A stretch of DNA of 64,000 bases, from NCBI GenBank assembly GCA_963691875.1, contig OY829846.1, positions 928,001-992,000 on the forward strand. Direction: 5' to 3'. The notes beneath the pieces were generated by a model. That model made no database searches. It saw only the letters and a program-made list of their open reading frames with translations, and was not told the DNA's origin. Shown one piece after another: positions 51,602 through 61,609 of this stretch. The position numbers and the translations under genes were made by a program. Positions within the stretch are counted from its first letter, which is position 1; every line of letters begins with the position of its first letter. The DNA comes from Aureliella sp. (GTDB lineage Bacteria > Planctomycetota > Planctomycetia > Pirellulales > Pirellulaceae).

Positions 51602-51850
51602 ATGTACTTCTACTGGTTTCGAGAGATAGCGGGTTGGGGGCTTGTGATAGTCGCTCTCTTTATGATGCGTGTCGCCCTTGATTTCGCGCTAAACATTGAA
51701 AGCCCACAGGTCGTCGAGGCCAGCATTGTCGTTATTGGCTCAACCGCTGTCTTGCGGGCTGGGATCGCGTTGATTCGAGTATCCACGGCGGCTCGAATAT
51801 GTCGCTTGGAGGATGCGGCGAAGACAAACCTGGACAAACCGATACAATAA
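51602..51850 (+). CDS. Small two-TM membrane protein
   Basis: Starts 3 nt after the upstream stop and has two hydrophobic helices. Confidence 0.7.
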   Translation: MYFYWFREIAGWGLVIVALFMMRVALDFALNIESPQVVEASIVVIGSTAVLRAGIALIRVSTAARICRLEDAAKTNLDKPIQ

Positions 51851-51908
51851 ACCCAAGATGGATATTAGCCGTGTGACGGATTTGTCGTTTCGGGTCAGGA
51901 AGTCTTCG

Positions 51909-53462
51909 ATGTCGAATAAAAATGTAATCATTGTCGGGGCTGGCCCGGGTGGATTGGCCGCCGCAATGCAAATGGCCAAGGCAGGTGCGAAAGTCACCGT
52001 AGTCGAGAAGCAATCTTGGGTTGGCGGCCGCACTGCAACCTTTCAGCAACAAGGATATAAGTTCGACATCGGCCCTACGTTCTTTCTGTATCCCCGTGTG
52101 CTCAAGGAGATCTTTGAGTCCGTAGGACTAGACCTGATGCAGGAAGTGCCAATGAAGCGACTCGATCCTCAGTACCGCGTCAGTTTCGCTGCGGGTGGTA
52201 GGATCGACGCCACGCCGAACATCGAGGAGATGGAGAACCAAGTCGCAGCACTTTCGCCAGCAGATCGTGGCGCGGTGACTCGATACCTGACTGATAATCG
52301 AGAGAAGTTGAAGAAATTCCGCCCGATTTTGGAATCGCCCTTTAACTCAATGCGAGATCTGTTTCGTCTAAGCCTGCTGCAAGCAGCACCGAGCGTAAAG
52401 CCTTGGAAATCCTTGCACCAGGAACTCATGAGTTATTTCAAGGACCCGCGACTAGCAATCGCTTTTTCCTTCCAGTCTAAATATTTGGGGATGTCGCCAA
52501 TGCGCTGTCCCAGCTTGTTTTCCATCCTTTCATTCCTGGAATACGAGCATGGGGTTTATCACCCCTACGGCGGTTGCGGCCAAGTCAGTGCAAGGATGGC
52601 CGAACTCGCTGAATCGATGGGTGTCGAGATTCGCTTGAACCAAACTGTTACTGGCTTCGGCTTCGAAGGCAAGCGTGCACGTCGCGTTTACACGGAGGAC
52701 CGCGGCTACGATGCCGATGCAGTAATCATCAACGCCGATTTTGCTCAAGCGATGCATAAACTAGTTCCTAACCAGCTACGTAAGAAATGGACAAACGAAA
52801 AGATCGCGCAGAAGAAGTTTTCCTGCTCGACCTTCATGCTTTATCTCGGCATCCGTGGCAAGTACGAAGACTTGCCACACCACACGATTCATATTGCCGA
52901 TGACTATGAACGAAACCTGCAAGAGATTGAGCAAGATTTCTCATTGCCACAAGATCCAAGTTTCTACGTGCAGAACGCAAGTATTACGGACAGTAGCTTG
53001 GCTCCGAAAGGCGACAGCGCACTGTACGTGCTTGTACCCGTCCCACATGCTCATCAGAACATCGAGTGGAATGAGAAGACCTATTCCGCGTACCGCGATT
53101 TGACGCTCACTCAACTGGCCAAGGAAGGGCTAGGGGATATTCGGGACCGAATCGTGACGGAGCGGATGATTACGCCGCGAGTATGGGAGCAGGACTTTGG
53201 CCTATACCGCGGTGCAACCTTCAATATGGCCCACAACTTAGGGCAGATGCTCCACAAACGGCCGCACAATCGCTTCGAAGATCTTGATGGAGTCTATCTT
53301 GTTGGTGGGGGTACTCATCCTGGCAGCGGGCTGCCTGTGATCTACGAGTCTTCGCGAATCACGTGCAAGCAGTTGATTCCGGAGCTCGGTCTAGACAGCT
53401 CCTTCATGCACGATACGACACCCGAGACTTCGGCAGCCGATCTCGAGCCCTGCTTGGGCTAG
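51909..53462 (+). CDS. Phytoene/diapophytoene desaturase family (CrtI/CrtN-like)
   Basis: VIIVGAGPGGL...VEK..VGGR, GYKFDIGPT, FQSKYLGMSP, SCSTFMLYLG, YLVGGGTHPGSGLPVI. Confidence 0.92.
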   Translation: MSNKNVIIVGAGPGGLAAAMQMAKAGAKVTVVEKQSWVGGRTATFQQQGYKFDIGPTFFLYPRVLKEIFESVGLDLMQEVPMKRLDPQYRVSFAAGGRIDATPNIEEMENQVAALSPADRGAVTRYLTDNREKLKKFRPILESPFNSMRDLFRLSLLQAAPSVKPWKSLHQELMSYFKDPRLAIAFSFQSKYLGMSPMRCPSLFSILSFLEYEHGVYHPYGGCGQVSARMAELAESMGVEIRLNQTVTGFGFEGKRARRVYTEDRGYDADAVIINADFAQAMHKLVPNQLRKKWTNEKIAQKKFSCSTFMLYLGIRGKYEDLPHHTIHIADDYERNLQEIEQDFSLPQDPSFYVQNASITDSSLAPKGDSALYVLVPVPHAHQNIEWNEKTYSAYRDLTLTQLAKEGLGDIRDRIVTERMITPRVWEQDFGLYRGATFNMAHNLGQMLHKRPHNRFEDLDGVYLVGGGTHPGSGLPVIYESSRITCKQLIPELGLDSSFMHDTTPETSAADLEPCLG

Positions 53463-53694
53463 TCTCTATTTACAAATTACGCGCGGTAGGGCGATCATTA
53501 CAACAAGCATGAAACGCAAGCGCCTGACCTGTCCGCTAATGGGATTCGCCAAAATTCCGGAGTAATTCGCTCGGGCATCTCACTCCGCACCGCTTCATTC
53601 CAAGGACGACACGCTGCTCGTTATCTTGGGTATTCGCCGATCGTTCTACGATTGTAGCGTTCGTCGATGTCACCTTACCCGCGGAGCGCACGCG

Positions 53695-55281
53695 CTAATT
53701 CGGCTTTTTTTTCGGCTTCACGATTCGAGCGCCGGGCGCGGGAATCGACGTGGCAGTCTTAGGAAAGGGCATTTTGGCATCCACTTCTTCTCGCCACTGG
53801 TGCAACATCGACCGCAGGCGCCCAGCCACCTGGGGCAGTTCTTTCGATAGATCGTTTCTCTCGCCAATATCTTCATCCAAGTCAAACAGTTGGATCGTGT
53901 CGTTTTCATAATACTCCAGCAACTTGTATCGCCCCGAACGTACTGCTCCACCGGGACTTTGGAAGCCGTGATTGCTGTAGTGCGGAAAATGCCAGTAAAT
54001 CGGGCCACGCTCGTAAGCTTGCTCTTTCAATGCAGGCACGAAGCTACGTCCGTCAACATGCTGTCTGGGCAAAGCAGGGAGGTCAAGCATCTCAAGCAAC
54101 GTCGGATAATAGTCCGTACCAGTAACGACAGAATTTGATTTTGAATTCTCTCGAATCCTACCTGGCCAGTGAACAATGAGTGGTACTCGAATACCGCCTT
54201 CATAATTCCAGCCTTTAGCACCACGGAGCGGCAAGTTCGAACTTGAGTAACGTGTGTCGAGCACTTCTCGCGAATGATTGATTCCACGATACTGATTCGA
54301 GGCAGCCATCCCGCCGTTATCAGAGGTAAAGATGATGATGGTGTTGTCCGATAGACCAAGCTCCTTCAGTTTTCCTCGAATTCGCGCAAGACTCTGATCG
54401 GTGGCTTCAACCATTCCAGCAAACTCGACGTTGTCTTGCTTCTGCTTGACCCACCAAACTCGTCGCTTCTGATGTACATCGCTGCTATCGTTATCGGCAA
54501 GCCTGTCAAGCTCAGCTCTTGTAAGTGGCGGACCATCCGGATTCGGCTCGAGAATGAAATCGGGGCCTTCCGACTTGGGCATACGCTCCAGCTTTTTCTG
54601 ATACTTCTCCACTAAGTCTTTACGGCCTTGAATAGGATCGTGGACCGAGAAGTGCTCCATGTGAACGAAGAAGGGCCGATCTTTGTTTCGTTCGATGAAA
54701 TCGATCGCTGCGTCCGTCAACTTGTCGGTGAAGTAATCACCTTCTTTGGCAGGCAACGACTCCGAATAGGCGGGCGAGAAAGGATGGTAGTAGGAACGTA
54801 CCCAGCCAGTGATTGCCTCGTCAAATCCATAGGTCTTGGGATCTCTATTTAAATGAGCTTTGCCATAATTGGCCGTTGCATATCCATGGGCATGCAGGGT
54901 CTCTGCGAGTGTTTGCTCTTCTTCGGGTAGGGCCGTAAGCTTCTCGCCGTGGTGCAGAAGTTCGTATTCCCGTTCGGGTCTACCCCCCAACCATTCCGTA
55001 AGATTGGTTCTCGCCGGGTATTTTCCGGTCAGAATACTCGCGCGGCTTGGAGAGCAGACGTGGCAAGTCGAATAGGCGTTTGTGAACAGCATGCCTTCTC
55101 TTGCGAGCTGATCGATGGCTGGAGTCTCGTAGAATTGACTGCCATAGCAAGCCACGTCTTGCTGACCAAGATCATCGACAAGGAAGAATATCAAATTTGG
55201 CCGTTCTGCGGCTCGTGATGGTATGCAACATAGCAGAAGACTGAAAAGCAGAAGGGAGCGAGATGGTTTCAGGGCGTTCAT
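53695..55281 (-). CDS. Sulfatase (Cys-type), exported
   Basis: Start MNALKPS with signal peptide, PNLIFFLVDDLG, VCSPSRASILTG, TSDNGG, YEGGIRVP, YWHFPHY. Confidence 0.93.
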   Translation of the reverse strand: MNALKPSRSLLLFSLLLCCIPSRAAERPNLIFFLVDDLGQQDVACYGSQFYETPAIDQLAREGMLFTNAYSTCHVCSPSRASILTGKYPARTNLTEWLGGRPEREYELLHHGEKLTALPEEEQTLAETLHAHGYATANYGKAHLNRDPKTYGFDEAITGWVRSYYHPFSPAYSESLPAKEGDYFTDKLTDAAIDFIERNKDRPFFVHMEHFSVHDPIQGRKDLVEKYQKKLERMPKSEGPDFILEPNPDGPPLTRAELDRLADNDSSDVHQKRRVWWVKQKQDNVEFAGMVEATDQSLARIRGKLKELGLSDNTIIIFTSDNGGMAASNQYRGINHSREVLDTRYSSSNLPLRGAKGWNYEGGIRVPLIVHWPGRIRENSKSNSVVTGTDYYPTLLEMLDLPALPRQHVDGRSFVPALKEQAYERGPIYWHFPHYSNHGFQSPGGAVRSGRYKLLEYYENDTIQLFDLDEDIGERNDLSKELPQVAGRLRSMLHQWREEVDAKMPFPKTATSIPAPGARIVKPKKKPN

Positions 55282-55669
55282 ACTCTTGTGCGCTGTCGGG
55301 TGAGCGAGCTCGGTGAAACGAGCAAAGGGCGAGGCGGGGATGCGAGCCCCAAGGTGCAGGGACGCATTGTACCTCCTCGCAGGCCTAACTGGGAACAAGT
55401 CAGACAATCGAAAGATCTAAAAGCAGCAAGCGCCGGTATCTGAGTCGCCTAGCTTCGGCATTTAGGAAGCTCGTCAACGCCCCGTGACTATATATTGCAT
55501 CAGTGACCCGCACGCCGTGAAGCGGCTTTTCGCGAGAAAGCGGCATCTTTCACGGCAATTCCGCACTACCGTGGGACCAAGCACCCGAGCTTAGCCTGCT
55601 AACGCCAAAGATCGCGCTAGCAATGGAGTCAGCTTGTACGTCCGAAAGGCAAGACGGCGTTCAAAAACA

Positions 55670-57802
55670 TTACTGACCGGGGAGCCAGAGTTTGCTATCA
55701 CCGTCCGATGAAGAACTTTGATCAGAACTGCCAGGCAAGACGAGACCTTCATCAGAAGCTGGGGAACGCTGAGCTCCGTTCATCATCATTTTCGCAGCCA
55801 AGTCATCACCACCGCCACCAGGTGCAGGAACGCCTTGCTGCTGCATGGCATACTGAATAAAGCTCATCAAGTAAGGATCTTCTGGATACTTCTGAACGCC
55901 TTCTTGGAGAACCGCTCGAGCTTCTTGTTCTCTACCAGCAGCCTGCAGCAGGCTCATGCGTTGAATAACGATTCTGCCAACGGGAGAATTTGCCGCTGCC
56001 AGGGTGGATTCCAACTCCTCACAAATCGCGATCCGTTCATCGACGCTTGGCAAGATGCTCAACAGTCCAGACATCGCTGCGACTTGGAGCTGCACTTGCC
56101 CTTTGAGAGAGTCTCGTGTGCGGAACTCAACCGCAGAATGATAGAAAGCACGACTGGCTCCCAATCCCATCGCTCTTATCATTAAGCCCTGAAGCTGCGC
56201 ATCGTTGAGTTCAGTCTTCGGAATCCGATCCATGTCGAGCGGAGTGGCAAGACGTAAGTTTTCATCCTTGGTATCAAACTCTACGGTTGGCCGATCGAGC
56301 TTAAGGCGCTTGTAAATATTATCAAAAACTTCAGCTCTGACGACGATGTTTTGCTCACCTTCCAAATGATAGAGCAGTCCGAGCAGATTGCCGCGCAGCC
56401 TCTCTTCACTGGCTGCTTCACCCGGAGTCTTATCATCCAACGCAGCAATTGGCATATTCAAAAAATCTTCAATAAGGCGGTCCCCGCGTTCTTCGATCGT
56501 CAGCTGCGAGGAAGGATCTCCAATTAGCAAATGGGGACGATTTAGGAACTCGCCGTACACACTATTCAGTGGCAAGTCAGATTCAACTGGAGCGCCAAGC
56601 TGGAGCGCAGCCAAAACCTGTTCCGCCTTCTCTCTATGTTTCGGCAAGTCGTTCGCAACGCATAGCACGCGAACAGGTTTGTCAGTCTGCTTGCCGTAAA
56701 GCACGACGGTTGCGATCACCGAACTGTAGACTCGTTCACCTTCAGCGACATCGACAGAAAGATCTTTGTCAAACACGCTAAAGATGCGTTTTGCTGGAAC
56801 TTCATCGCCGACCAAGGCTGCGTAGTAGCGTCGCACATCCTCCAACGCTGGGCCATCAGAAGTGTCGACAAAGTTAAGAGCCGTCATTTCCTGTTGAATG
56901 CGGTCTTCCGAATCCACCTCGCAGAAATTTACGCTGATCTTCGTCTGCAGAGACTTCGAATCTGGTTCAATTTCAAAGGCAACGGCGCGGAAGTAATTCC
57001 GTTCCTCTGGGCTGATGTCGAGCGACTCGCTTAGCTGAAGGGCTGTCTTGTGGGCGTTTGCCTGATCCAGAAGTGCCAACTGAGCTCGTAGCAAATGGCT
57101 AAGCGGAGTTGCTTGTTCCGGAAAGTCGCGCAGAATCGCCTTCAGCTTGGTCTCGGCTTGCGCGTAGCGGAAGGTCTTTGTGAGTGAAACAACCTCTGCC
57201 AATCGCTCGCCCCATTCGGCACCTGCGGGGACATCGACCAGTTTCACGGGAGTCTTGGCAAGCAGGTTGATTTGAGGATCGACACTTGGCGAATCATTCT
57301 CAGGTTGCTCAGTGAGAGCCCCCATTATTTCGCTCCAAAAACCAACCATGCTCATCATGCCATTAACGGCCATCGACTGAATCAATAGCCGAATTGCCAT
57401 CACGGCAAGGGCGTGGACTGTCTCACGGCTCTCGGCCAGCCCTTCCAACAAGTAACGTGCGACTTCTGATGGTTTCGAGTCTTCGTCAGTCGCGAGCGCA
57501 ATCGACTTCATGACCAAGCCAAGTGGGTTGTCCGGCTTCAGCTTATTAAAGCGATTGGCTGTCTCTCGGAAGCTCTCAATCTCTTGCATTCCGAGCGTGA
57601 GTTCACCTTTGATGGCCAGCAGCCAAGCGGCGTTGGGAGTTTTCTCCAGAAGTTGATTGATTCGATCGAGCGCCGCTAAATGCTGGTCGCCATCGATCAA
57701 CTTGACAATCTTCTCAAACTCCTGAGGCTGATCCATGCACTTGCAGAACTTGAGTTTCTTGCCATTACCGCAGGGGCATGGGGCGTAGTGGTCAACTGTC
57801 AT
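55670..57802 (-). CDS. SEC-C-motif / TPR-like protein
   Basis: N-terminal YAPCPCGNGKKLKFC, helical TPR-like repeats, C-terminal SKLWLPG. Confidence 0.8.
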   Translation of the reverse strand: MTVDHYAPCPCGNGKKLKFCKCMDQPQEFEKIVKLIDGDQHLAALDRINQLLEKTPNAAWLLAIKGELTLGMQEIESFRETANRFNKLKPDNPLGLVMKSIALATDEDSKPSEVARYLLEGLAESRETVHALAVMAIRLLIQSMAVNGMMSMVGFWSEIMGALTEQPENDSPSVDPQINLLAKTPVKLVDVPAGAEWGERLAEVVSLTKTFRYAQAETKLKAILRDFPEQATPLSHLLRAQLALLDQANAHKTALQLSESLDISPEERNYFRAVAFEIEPDSKSLQTKISVNFCEVDSEDRIQQEMTALNFVDTSDGPALEDVRRYYAALVGDEVPAKRIFSVFDKDLSVDVAEGERVYSSVIATVVLYGKQTDKPVRVLCVANDLPKHREKAEQVLAALQLGAPVESDLPLNSVYGEFLNRPHLLIGDPSSQLTIEERGDRLIEDFLNMPIAALDDKTPGEAASEERLRGNLLGLLYHLEGEQNIVVRAEVFDNIYKRLKLDRPTVEFDTKDENLRLATPLDMDRIPKTELNDAQLQGLMIRAMGLGASRAFYHSAVEFRTRDSLKGQVQLQVAAMSGLLSILPSVDERIAICEELESTLAAANSPVGRIVIQRMSLLQAAGREQEARAVLQEGVQKYPEDPYLMSFIQYAMQQQGVPAPGGGGDDLAAKMMMNGAQRSPASDEGLVLPGSSDQSSSSDGDSKLWLPGQ

Positions 57803-58549
57803 CGGAGCATCTTTTTTGGAATCGCAATGGATAGACCACGAGGCAATCAAGTCCTTGGTCACGTCATCCCAATTCTAACAAAGAAGTCTTTCGCTGGCGA
57901 CGGTAGCCAGTGTTCTGAAAAGAGCCAAGCAGAGTTCCACTCATCGGAACGGTCGCCTTCTACTTTGCATAGACGATCAATGCCTTCAATGGAAAGAACC
58001 GCGATAACATGAAAGCTTCATTTACTTAAGTTGGAGGATCACCAGGTCGCGGGCAGCCGATTTCTTTGGCGATCTGGACACTCATTCAACACCATACCGA
58101 GTTGGAAACTTTGAGTCAGAAAACTATGGGATCCAGCTGACTCAATTTGCTCGAGCGACGGGTCAAGTTCTTTCATTTCCAGTCCAAGTTGAAGCCCAGG
58201 TATCCGGTAAAAATGCGTGCCGAATAGGAGCTGTGTGAAATTGCTTGTCCGGGTGAATGAAGGCAGCCGGAAGCATGCAATCAAATGACCGGCAAACCAT
58301 GGTAGACACTTGAAGCAATGGGTATTATCGGCAAAATTCTACGTTTCAGCTGCGTCGGCTTTCCCCACCCGACCCTGAAAATCGTCATGATCGATTTTGG
58401 CCCCGAGTTGCAACAGCAGCCATTCAAGCCATTGCGGCAACGAAAACGGAAAAGACGGTGCGGCAAAGCTAGGTATAGGTATTCAAGACCGATCCCTGGG
58501 TACCACTCCTTCCATAGGTGTTCCCATTTCTTCTTTCATAATTTGAGGA

Positions 58550-61495
58550 TTGTCCATGTCACGCAGTCGACTGGCGATGATGGCACTGCTTGCTGCTAGC
58601 GCTGTCACCCATCTGATTTCTTCCGCGGCTGAAGCCGCAGACTACGCTCCATTCGATCAGGTGGTAAAAGGCTACACCAAGCTTGAACCACCGCGGGAGC
58701 AAGCAGACAAACCCGTTCGCCCTATGTACGGCGTGTACGTGAAACCCAAGGAAGGTCAAGTTCTCCTTGAGATCCCCAAGACTGCATTGGCCAAGAAGTA
58801 TTTCATCGGACTAACTGTCGCAAGCGGCCAAGTCTTTGCTGGGCTGCAAGCTGGCGATTACTACGTGCAGTGGCGCCAGTACAACAAACGTCTCGCTCTC
58901 ATTGCGCCAAACACCAACATACGCTCGGGCGGTGATACAGAATCCAAAGATTCTGTCAGAAGACTGTTTACCGGTCGAGTGTTGGTTGATCTACCAATCA
59001 TCTCCGTCTCGCCAAGTGGAGGCTTTGTTGTAGATGGCGACGCGTTGCTCATCGGAAACGCTTCAGTCTTTTTTGGCGCAGACGGCCGCAGTCGTAATCC
59101 TGGATTGGCGAAAATCGTGAAGTCCAAGGTTTTCCCTCAGAACATCGAGATGGCCTTCGAGCTGCCAAATACTTCGGGCAATCTACAAACACTTTACTAC
59201 TCAATAAGTGAAATCCCGGCTTCGACCGGATACGCGCCACGCAAAGCCGATCAACGCATCGGATACTTCACAACTTCGTACGAAGATTATGGCAAGTACA
59301 AAGAAAATGAAGTTGCAATCAACTACATCAATCGTTGGCACTTGCAGAAGCGTGATCCGAGTTTGAAGGTATCGCCACCAGTTAAGCCTATCACCTTCTA
59401 CCTCGAACACACCACTCCCGTTCGCTACCGCCGTTGGGTGAAAGCAGGCGTTGAATACTGGAACGAAGCTTTCGAAGCCGTAGGTATCTCGGATGCAATC
59501 GTAGTTCACTACCAGGATAAAGCTACTGGCCAGAACATGGATAAGGATCCGGAGGACGTCCGCTACAACTTCATCCGCTGGCTAAACAATGACGTCTCAA
59601 CTGCGATCGGTCCAAGCCGTGTTCATCCTGAAACAGGACAGATTCTCGATGCCGACATCGTTCTAACGGACGGTTGGATTCGTTACTTCAATGAAAGCTT
59701 CCAGGACTACATGCCTTTGGTTGCTATGCAGGGCATGAATGCCGAGTCGCTGGCATGGTTAGCTCAACATCCAAACTGGGATCCAAGAATCCGCTTTGCT
59801 GAGCCGTCGCAAAGAGCACACATTGGCAGCAAGATTCGCTCGCAGCTCACTCAGCCCCATGCCGGCCATGCGGCTGCTCAATGGAGCACTCCGCTGCTGG
59901 GCGATGATCCGCTCGACGGATTGGTTGGACGCACGAGCCAGGTCAACGGAATGTGCCTGGCAGCGACCGGTCGACGCATTGACACTGCGGTAATGCGTAT
60001 GCTTCTTTCTATGGGGCCAGAAGCACTAATCGGCGAAGACGATACCGACGAGTCCAACAAGAAGAAAAAGTCGAAGGAAGAAACCAAAGACGAGGACGAC
60101 GCCAAGGAAGATAAGGAAGAAGGCGACAAGGATAGGGATCAGAAGATGGAAGAGCCGGAAAAACCAGCTGCACCTGAAGAGCCAAAGTTAGATGGCATGC
60201 CGGAGTCCTTTATCGGACCGCTGCTTGCAGACTTAGTTGCTCACGAAGTAGGTCACACTCTTGGATTGCGACACAACTTCAAGGCAAGCTCGATCTACAC
60301 GTTGGCAGAAATCAATAGCGGTGAATTGAAGGGTAAAAAAGCCTTTGCAGGCTCCGTTATGGACTACTTGCCGATCAACTTGCGTTTGAAAGAAGGTAAA
60401 GTCCAAGGCGACTATGCGATGATCAAGTTAGGCCCGTATGACATGTGGGCGATCCAATACGGCTACGGATTTGAGAAAGATCAATCCAAGATTCTCAATC
60501 GCGTGAGTGAGGCACAACTCCAGTTCGCCACTGACGAGGACACTCTTGGACCTGACCCATTGGCACGCCGTTATGATTTCAGCAAGAACCCCTTGGATTA
60601 TGCCCAGGAGCAGAAACTGCTCATCGAACGTTTCCGCAAACGCCTCATGACCGAATACGTGAAAGATGGCGACAGCTGGACCAAGGCGCGTGAGGGCTAC
60701 GAACTGACTCTGAATATGCAGATGAAGGTGACCAGCATGATGTCCAACTGGATCGGCGGTGCCTTTATCAACCGCGATAAGAAGGGCGATCCGAACGGTC
60801 GCCTTCCTGTTCAGGTTGTGCCCGCAAAGACGCAGCGTGATGCACTGAACTTTGTCATTGAATCTACTTTCCGCGACGAAGCGTACGCGCTGTCACCTGA
60901 ATTACTCGCACGCCTAACTAAAGACTTCTTTGCCGGATTCGGTTCAGAACCAACTTGGCCGGTGCATGACAATATCTTGTCTATGCAAGCCAGTACTTTG
61001 ACGCAGCTGATGAATAGTACCACTTTGCGTCGCGTCTATGACAACGAGTTCATGACGCCAGCAGACCAAGACGCTCTCACTTTGCCAGAGTTGCTAGATA
61101 GTATCACTTCGGAAATCTGGAGCGAATTGGATGTCGAGCGGGAAGGCAAATTCACAACTCGGAAGCCAATGATTTCCAGCCTGCGACGCAATTTGCAACG
61201 GGAACACATGGAGCGACTGATCGACCTGATGCTCTCTGACAACGGAAGTTCAGCGGCTTATAAGGCGATTGCTAACTTGTGCACTATGCAACTTCGCCAG
61301 CTCAAGAGCAAGCTTGAAAAAGCCGTAACCCCAAAGAACAAGCTTGATCCTTACTCTCGAGCTCACTTGTACGAAGCTGCGCAATTGATCGGCAAAGCTC
61401 TCGATGCAGACTTCGTCTACAACCAGGCTCCTGCTGCGGGTGGTCTTAATATCATGAGCCTACTTGGTGAAGAAGCCGAAGAATCCGAGAAGTAG
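58550..61495 (+). CDS. Exported zinc-dependent metalloprotease (DUF5117/DUF4953, EcxA-like)
   Basis: PRKADQRIGYF, INRWHL, WNEAFEAVG, DVRYNFIRW, HEVGHTLGLRHNF, Met-turn SVMDY. Confidence 0.9.
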   Translation: MSMSRSRLAMMALLAASAVTHLISSAAEAADYAPFDQVVKGYTKLEPPREQADKPVRPMYGVYVKPKEGQVLLEIPKTALAKKYFIGLTVASGQVFAGLQAGDYYVQWRQYNKRLALIAPNTNIRSGGDTESKDSVRRLFTGRVLVDLPIISVSPSGGFVVDGDALLIGNASVFFGADGRSRNPGLAKIVKSKVFPQNIEMAFELPNTSGNLQTLYYSISEIPASTGYAPRKADQRIGYFTTSYEDYGKYKENEVAINYINRWHLQKRDPSLKVSPPVKPITFYLEHTTPVRYRRWVKAGVEYWNEAFEAVGISDAIVVHYQDKATGQNMDKDPEDVRYNFIRWLNNDVSTAIGPSRVHPETGQILDADIVLTDGWIRYFNESFQDYMPLVAMQGMNAESLAWLAQHPNWDPRIRFAEPSQRAHIGSKIRSQLTQPHAGHAAAQWSTPLLGDDPLDGLVGRTSQVNGMCLAATGRRIDTAVMRMLLSMGPEALIGEDDTDESNKKKKSKEETKDEDDAKEDKEEGDKDRDQKMEEPEKPAAPEEPKLDGMPESFIGPLLADLVAHEVGHTLGLRHNFKASSIYTLAEINSGELKGKKAFAGSVMDYLPINLRLKEGKVQGDYAMIKLGPYDMWAIQYGYGFEKDQSKILNRVSEAQLQFATDEDTLGPDPLARRYDFSKNPLDYAQEQKLLIERFRKRLMTEYVKDGDSWTKAREGYELTLNMQMKVTSMMSNWIGGAFINRDKKGDPNGRLPVQVVPAKTQRDALNFVIESTFRDEAYALSPELLARLTKDFFAGFGSEPTWPVHDNILSMQASTLTQLMNSTTLRRVYDNEFMTPADQDALTLPELLDSITSEIWSELDVEREGKFTTRKPMISSLRRNLQREHMERLIDLMLSDNGSSAAYKAIANLCTMQLRQLKSKLEKAVTPKNKLDPYSRAHLYEAAQLIGKALDADFVYNQAPAAGGLNIMSLLGEEAEESEK

Positions 61496-61524
61496 ATTTC
61501 GATTCTTCACTGAATGGTAAAATC

Positions 61525-61553
61525 AAAAGGCGAGAGGTAACTCTCGCCTTTTT
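61525..61553. terminator. Bidirectional intrinsic terminator
   Basis: AAAAGGCGAGAG-GTAA-CTCTCGCCTTTTT between convergent genes. Confidence 0.9.
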
Positions 61554-61609
61554 CTTTGGGCTCAAATACTCACGCTCTAGACCTAGGAGTCAAACCTGCG
61601 ATTGCGGCG

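Noticed and set aside
57870..58540. Short ORFs in the divergent gap between the SEC-C gene and the protease
   Set aside because: No recognisable motifs or RBS. Probably promoter DNA or unidentifiable decay.
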